Positions 60,412-64,000 of a stretch of 64,000 bases of DNA are shown one piece after another. Numbering within the stretch: the first letter of the stretch is position 1; every line of letters starts with the position of its first letter. Location of the stretch: the NCBI GenBank assembly GCA_963815455.1, contig CAWFGO010000001.1:1152001-1216000 (forward strand), read 5' to 3'. Under the pieces are notes generated by a model that saw only the letters and a list, made by a program, of their open reading frames with translations, was not told where the DNA came from and ran no database searches. The position numbers and the translations under genes are program-made. The stretch comes from an uncultured Verrucomicrobiae bacterium. Its GTDB lineage: Bacteria > Verrucomicrobiota > Verrucomicrobiia > Chthoniobacterales > UBA10450.

Positions 60412-60561
60412 AGGAGATGGAACGTTCGACGTCCAACGCGCAACGTTCAACACTCAATTTCGAACGGAGAAGGAAGCAATTGTAGCCGCGGGCGCCGACC
60501 GCGGTAATTCGTCGGCTCGACAGAGTCTCGCCCCACCTGCAATGTATTCTCGATTACGAGC

Positions 60562-61701
60562 ATGAGCACGAGCAGGAGTGGGAGATTAGCAATTGCAACG
60601 CTGATGATGTTTCCGATGGCGATGATGGCCGCACAAGAGAGAACCGAAGATTTCGACGTGAAGGCGGCGGAACGATTCGCCAGGCTCGCGCTCGAATGCG
60701 TGCACAAGGAATATCCGAACAAGATCGCGCACGTGCTCAACAGCGATGCCGACGTTCAGCCACCGCGCAAACTGACTCCGGCATTTTACGGCTGTTATGA
60801 CTGGCATTCGTCGGTGCACGGGCATTGGCTCCTGGTGCGATTGATCAGAAAATTTCCGGATGCGCCGTTCGCGAAACCCGCCCGGGAAGCACTGAAGAAG
60901 AGTTTGACCGCCGAGAACCTAAAGCAGGACGCGATTTACATTCGCGGAGAAGGCCGGGCCAGTTTCGAGCGCCCGTATGGCCTGGCCTGGCTGTTACAAC
61001 TTTGTGCCGAGCTGCGCGAGTGGGACGATCCACAAGCGCGCGAGATGTTGAAGAATCTTGGTCCGCTCGAAGACGCTGCGCTCGATCGAATCAAAACATG
61101 GTTGCCGAAGCTGTCGCATCCGGTCCGGATCGGCGAGCACAACCAGACCGCGTTCGCGTTGGGTTTGATGCTCGATTATGCGCGAGGGAAAAAGGACGAC
61201 GCTTTTGCCAAACTGCTTACCGATTCCGCCCGGAAATTCTTCCTAACCGACAAGGGTTGCCCGCTCGACTACGAACCGTCGGGTGAAGATTTTCTTTCGC
61301 CCTGCCTGGGCGAGGCGGACGTGATGCGGCGAATACTTTCGCAAAAAGAGTTTGCCAGTTGGCTGAAGGAATTCTTGCCGCAGATTCCGGCGACCCCGAA
61401 AGACAGCGAGATCCTTACCCGCGATTGGCTGCCGGTGGCGGTGTCACCCGACCCGAGCGATCCGAAGCTGGCCCATCTCGATGGACTGAACCTGAGCCGG
61501 GCCTGGATGTTGGAAGGAATTATTTCCGCGCTGCCCGCGGATGATCCGCGGAAATTTCATCTTTCGATGGTAGCGGAAGCCCATCGCCGCGCGGGACTGG
61601 CGGCAGTGACCGGGGAACATTACGAGGGCGGACATTGGCTGGGGAGTTTTGCTGTTTATCTCACGACGCGGCGCGGAATCCAGGGCGAGAAGGCGAAGTG
61701 A
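60562..61701 (+). CDS. DUF2891 family protein
   Basis: FYGCYDWHSSVHGHW, ERPYG, HLDGLNLSRAW, YEGGHWL. Confidence 0.9.
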   Translation: MSTSRSGRLAIATLMMFPMAMMAAQERTEDFDVKAAERFARLALECVHKEYPNKIAHVLNSDADVQPPRKLTPAFYGCYDWHSSVHGHWLLVRLIRKFPDAPFAKPAREALKKSLTAENLKQDAIYIRGEGRASFERPYGLAWLLQLCAELREWDDPQAREMLKNLGPLEDAALDRIKTWLPKLSHPVRIGEHNQTAFALGLMLDYARGKKDDAFAKLLTDSARKFFLTDKGCPLDYEPSGEDFLSPCLGEADVMRRILSQKEFASWLKEFLPQIPATPKDSEILTRDWLPVAVSPDPSDPKLAHLDGLNLSRAWMLEGIISALPADDPRKFHLSMVAEAHRRAGLAAVTGEHYEGGHWLGSFAVYLTTRRGIQGEKAK

Positions 61702-61705
61702 CGTT

Positions 61706-61766
61706 GTAGCCACGGCGCTGTGCCGCCGTGCATGGGAAGAACGCCTCGACACAGCGAGGCGGCTAC
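61706..61766. repeat. GTAG REP doublet
   Basis: GTAGCCACGGCG..CGCCGTG ... CGCCTCG..CGAGGCGGCTAC. Confidence 0.8.
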
Positions 61767-61769
61767 AGA

Positions 61770-62569
61770 TCAGCGCTCGGCGGTAAGCGGCGGGCGAACA
61801 GGACTTTCGCCGCCGGGATGCCAGGCCCGTTCTTCCCAGAAAGATTTCAGGGCGGGCAGACTTCCGTAGAAAATATTGCGCTCGGCCCGGACGATGTTGG
61901 CCACGCTTTTTGGGTAGCTCGCGCGCGGCAAACGGCATTTGCCATCACCGGTGTATTGCCAGAGATGCCAATGACTCCAGGGCGACGTCGCGCTCGGACG
62001 CGCGCCGTAATTGGCCAGCCACAGCCAGCAGTTCGCCAGGGTATCCTTTGCGCCGCGCTCAACCGCCGGCCATTCACCGCCTGACGAATATGATATTCGC
62101 CGGAATAAATTCCCGGATATTTTCCGGTCCGCTCCTTAATTCGTTCCGCGAACGCGACCGCCTGATCGATCCGCATGCTCCCGCCGGGATAATGACCGTT
62201 CTTTTCGAAATCGAGCACCAGGAGGATGCCAGACGGCCGCGACGCCGGATCGGCCTGCGACCACGCGCTTTTGACAACATTCAGGAAATGATCGGCCTGC
62301 CGGACTGGATCGCCCGAGTTTGCATAATGGTACGCGCCCCAGAGCAAACCGGCACGAGTCGCGGCTTGTTGTCTCGAAGCATAGTAAGAATCCCGGACAA
62401 AGGCCGGATACGTGGCCTCATGAATCACGCCCACGATGCCTTCGTATTTCATCCGACCAAAATCCGCCCGCATCAGATCGTAATGCGACATGTTCACGAC
62501 CGCGTTGGTGGCAAACGCGGACACCGGCAGCGCCAGCAAGGATAATGAAATACGAGTGAGAAACTTCAT
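61770..62569 (-). CDS. GH25 muramidase-like protein, frameshift near 62048
   Basis: WGAYH, VLDFE, PGIYS; alternate frame continues WLWLANY..WHLWQYTGDG to TGA at 61770. Confidence 0.85.
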
Positions 62570-62639
62570 TCGAATGACCAAGAACCCCTGGGGAACACCA
62601 ACATAAAAATCTTCATTGATGTGAATGCAAACGGAAAAT

Positions 62640-63680
62640 TCACAAATCGGCCGGCCGGGCGAATCTAAAACCAGCTAATCCCGCGCCAACATCGACATCC
62701 TTCGACAAAGCCAGCGCCTGAAAACTGCGGCCGAGCATTTCCGGATGCAACAACGTTTGCAGCTCGCGTTTCGATTTAGGATCGACGTCGGCAGCGAGCT
62801 CCGGCCGTGCGGAAATAATCCCGGTAAGGAAATGGTGCTGGTCGGCGAAGCCGTCCACGCGCAGGCCGTTTTTTCGGGCGCGATCGGCGATGCTAGCCCA
62901 GTCCACGTGCGCGGTAACGTCGGCCTGGCCGATCCGCTCGAAGGGCGAATCGAGATGTCGATGTTGGGCGCGGACTTGCACCGTTGATTCAAGGACGCCG
63001 CCCAAATGCCCGTAATCGATGGCAATGACGTAACCGCGTTGCAAGTTGGCCGCGACATTGTCGATCCAATCGAGCGCGACTTGATTGGGTTTGGTCTGCT
63101 CCCGAACCGGCCGCTCGACGAAAATGAATTTGTCCCCCTCAAGATCGACAAGTTTTCCCGGCAAATCGATGGGCATGGCGTCGATCAGCTCGTTGGAGAA
63201 ATGAATTCCGGCGAACGGCTCCAGGGAATTGCCCCAGTCCACTTTGTCGCCAAATGATTCGAGCGTTTGCCGTTGTCGATCCTGCCAGATGGGAAACGGC
63301 TCGACGATCCGGTAGCGCAAGGCCGCAAAAAATTCCGGCGCGCGTTCTTTGGCCGATTCGAGCACGTCCCGCGCGAATTGGCCATCATGTGCCCCCTGTT
63401 CGACGATGACGAAGTTGTCGATGTCGCCACGGCGACCAGGCCCTCCGAGTCGTTCCCAAATTTGGGCAAACTGCGCGGCCAGCAGCCGCCCGAAAAGCGG
63501 TCCGACGCTGACGTTGGTGAAATAGTCGCCCTTTCGCCCGATGGCGGCACGGCCGCTGGAATAATAGCCGTGCTCGGGATGATACAGCGCCTGTTGCATG
63601 AACCAGGCAAATGATTGCGGGCCTCGTGCTTCGATTTCGGCGCGGATAATGTCGATCAAGGCAGAATTTCCCGTAGTCAC
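62640..63680 (-). CDS. SAM-dependent methyltransferase, MidA/NDUFAF7 family
   Basis: ALYHPEHGYY, GDYFT, EQGAHDG, SNELIDA, IDYG, DVTAHV. Confidence 0.92.
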   Translation of the reverse strand: MTTGNSALIDIIRAEIEARGPQSFAWFMQQALYHPEHGYYSSGRAAIGRKGDYFTNVSVGPLFGRLLAAQFAQIWERLGGPGRRGDIDNFVIVEQGAHDGQFARDVLESAKERAPEFFAALRYRIVEPFPIWQDRQRQTLESFGDKVDWGNSLEPFAGIHFSNELIDAMPIDLPGKLVDLEGDKFIFVERPVREQTKPNQVALDWIDNVAANLQRGYVIAIDYGHLGGVLESTVQVRAQHRHLDSPFERIGQADVTAHVDWASIADRARKNGLRVDGFADQHHFLTGIISARPELAADVDPKSKRELQTLLHPEMLGRSFQALALSKDVDVGAGLAGFRFARPADL

Positions 63681-63774
63681 CGTGGCATCGTTAAAACGTT
63701 GAATCGTTAAAGCGCTGACCTAAGTTGCGCGACTGATTTCTTTCAAAAACGTGAATACGCCCGAAACACATCTG

Positions 63775-64000
63775 ATGCCGCCGCCCGGTTATCGTTTCCG
63801 GCGGCCATGGTATGCCCGGCCGCTGTTTTACGTTCCGGTCGGGCTGGTGGCGGTGCTGATTGCGGCGGGGGCGATCTACCTTTTCATGACTGCCTCCGAA
63901 CTGGGCGACGAAGCGGCGACGTTCGATCTGACCAAGCTCGAGCAAATGGAATCAGCCAGCGTGATTGTCGATCGTAACAACAAGATTTTCGGCCAGATTT
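63775..64000 (+). CDS. Class A penicillin-binding protein N-terminus (runs off the window)
   Basis: Manual translation: TM anchor then FDLTKL..SVIVDRNNKIFGQI; alternative GTG start at 63751. Confidence 0.6.
   Translation, partial: MPPPGYRFRRPWYARPLFYVPVGLVAVLIAAGAIYLFMTASELGDEAATFDLTKLEQMESASVIVDRNNKIFGQI

Noticed and set aside
55086..60545. CRISPR array or classical integron
   Set aside because: Repeats are kilobases apart, no cas or intI gene, and no attC-like RYYYAAC..GTTRRRY ends recognised

Overview
GC-rich bacterial chromosome segment. Gene content (PEP-CTERM and dockerin-tailed secreted proteins, FecR-domain giant, GH75, TMEM14) points to a soil Verrucomicrobiota, probably Chthoniobacterales; this is inference. 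Housekeeping blocks are rhodanese, nfeD-slipin, mrp, pyrR-pyrB-pyrC, sufCBD, tRNA-Gln(TTG), lysA, 2-oxoacid:ferredoxin oxidoreductase, dcp, GH25, a MidA-type methyltransferase and the start of a class A PBP. Main highlights: (1) a compact cyclic-nucleotide signalling locus at 13.2-22.2 kb with CHASE2 cyclase, OM barrel, FecR-adhesin, cNMP-sensing histidine kinase, MBL hydrolase and a His-less HisKA/REC protein, preceded by sigma54-like promoters; (2) a DUF2946/CruR-like leader ending in HAPP ahead of a TonB-dependent receptor; (3) a PyrR loop that sequesters the pyrR SD; (4) a toxin-antitoxin hot-spot at 41-52 kb including an unrecognised two-gene pair; (5) dense REP-like and heptamer repeats, some nested in each other, some in frame inside genes, some bracketing gene cassettes; (6) three diverged gene-end duplicates. 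Several single-base frameshifts in the right third may be assembly errors. All family calls come from motif recognition by eye; no database search was run.
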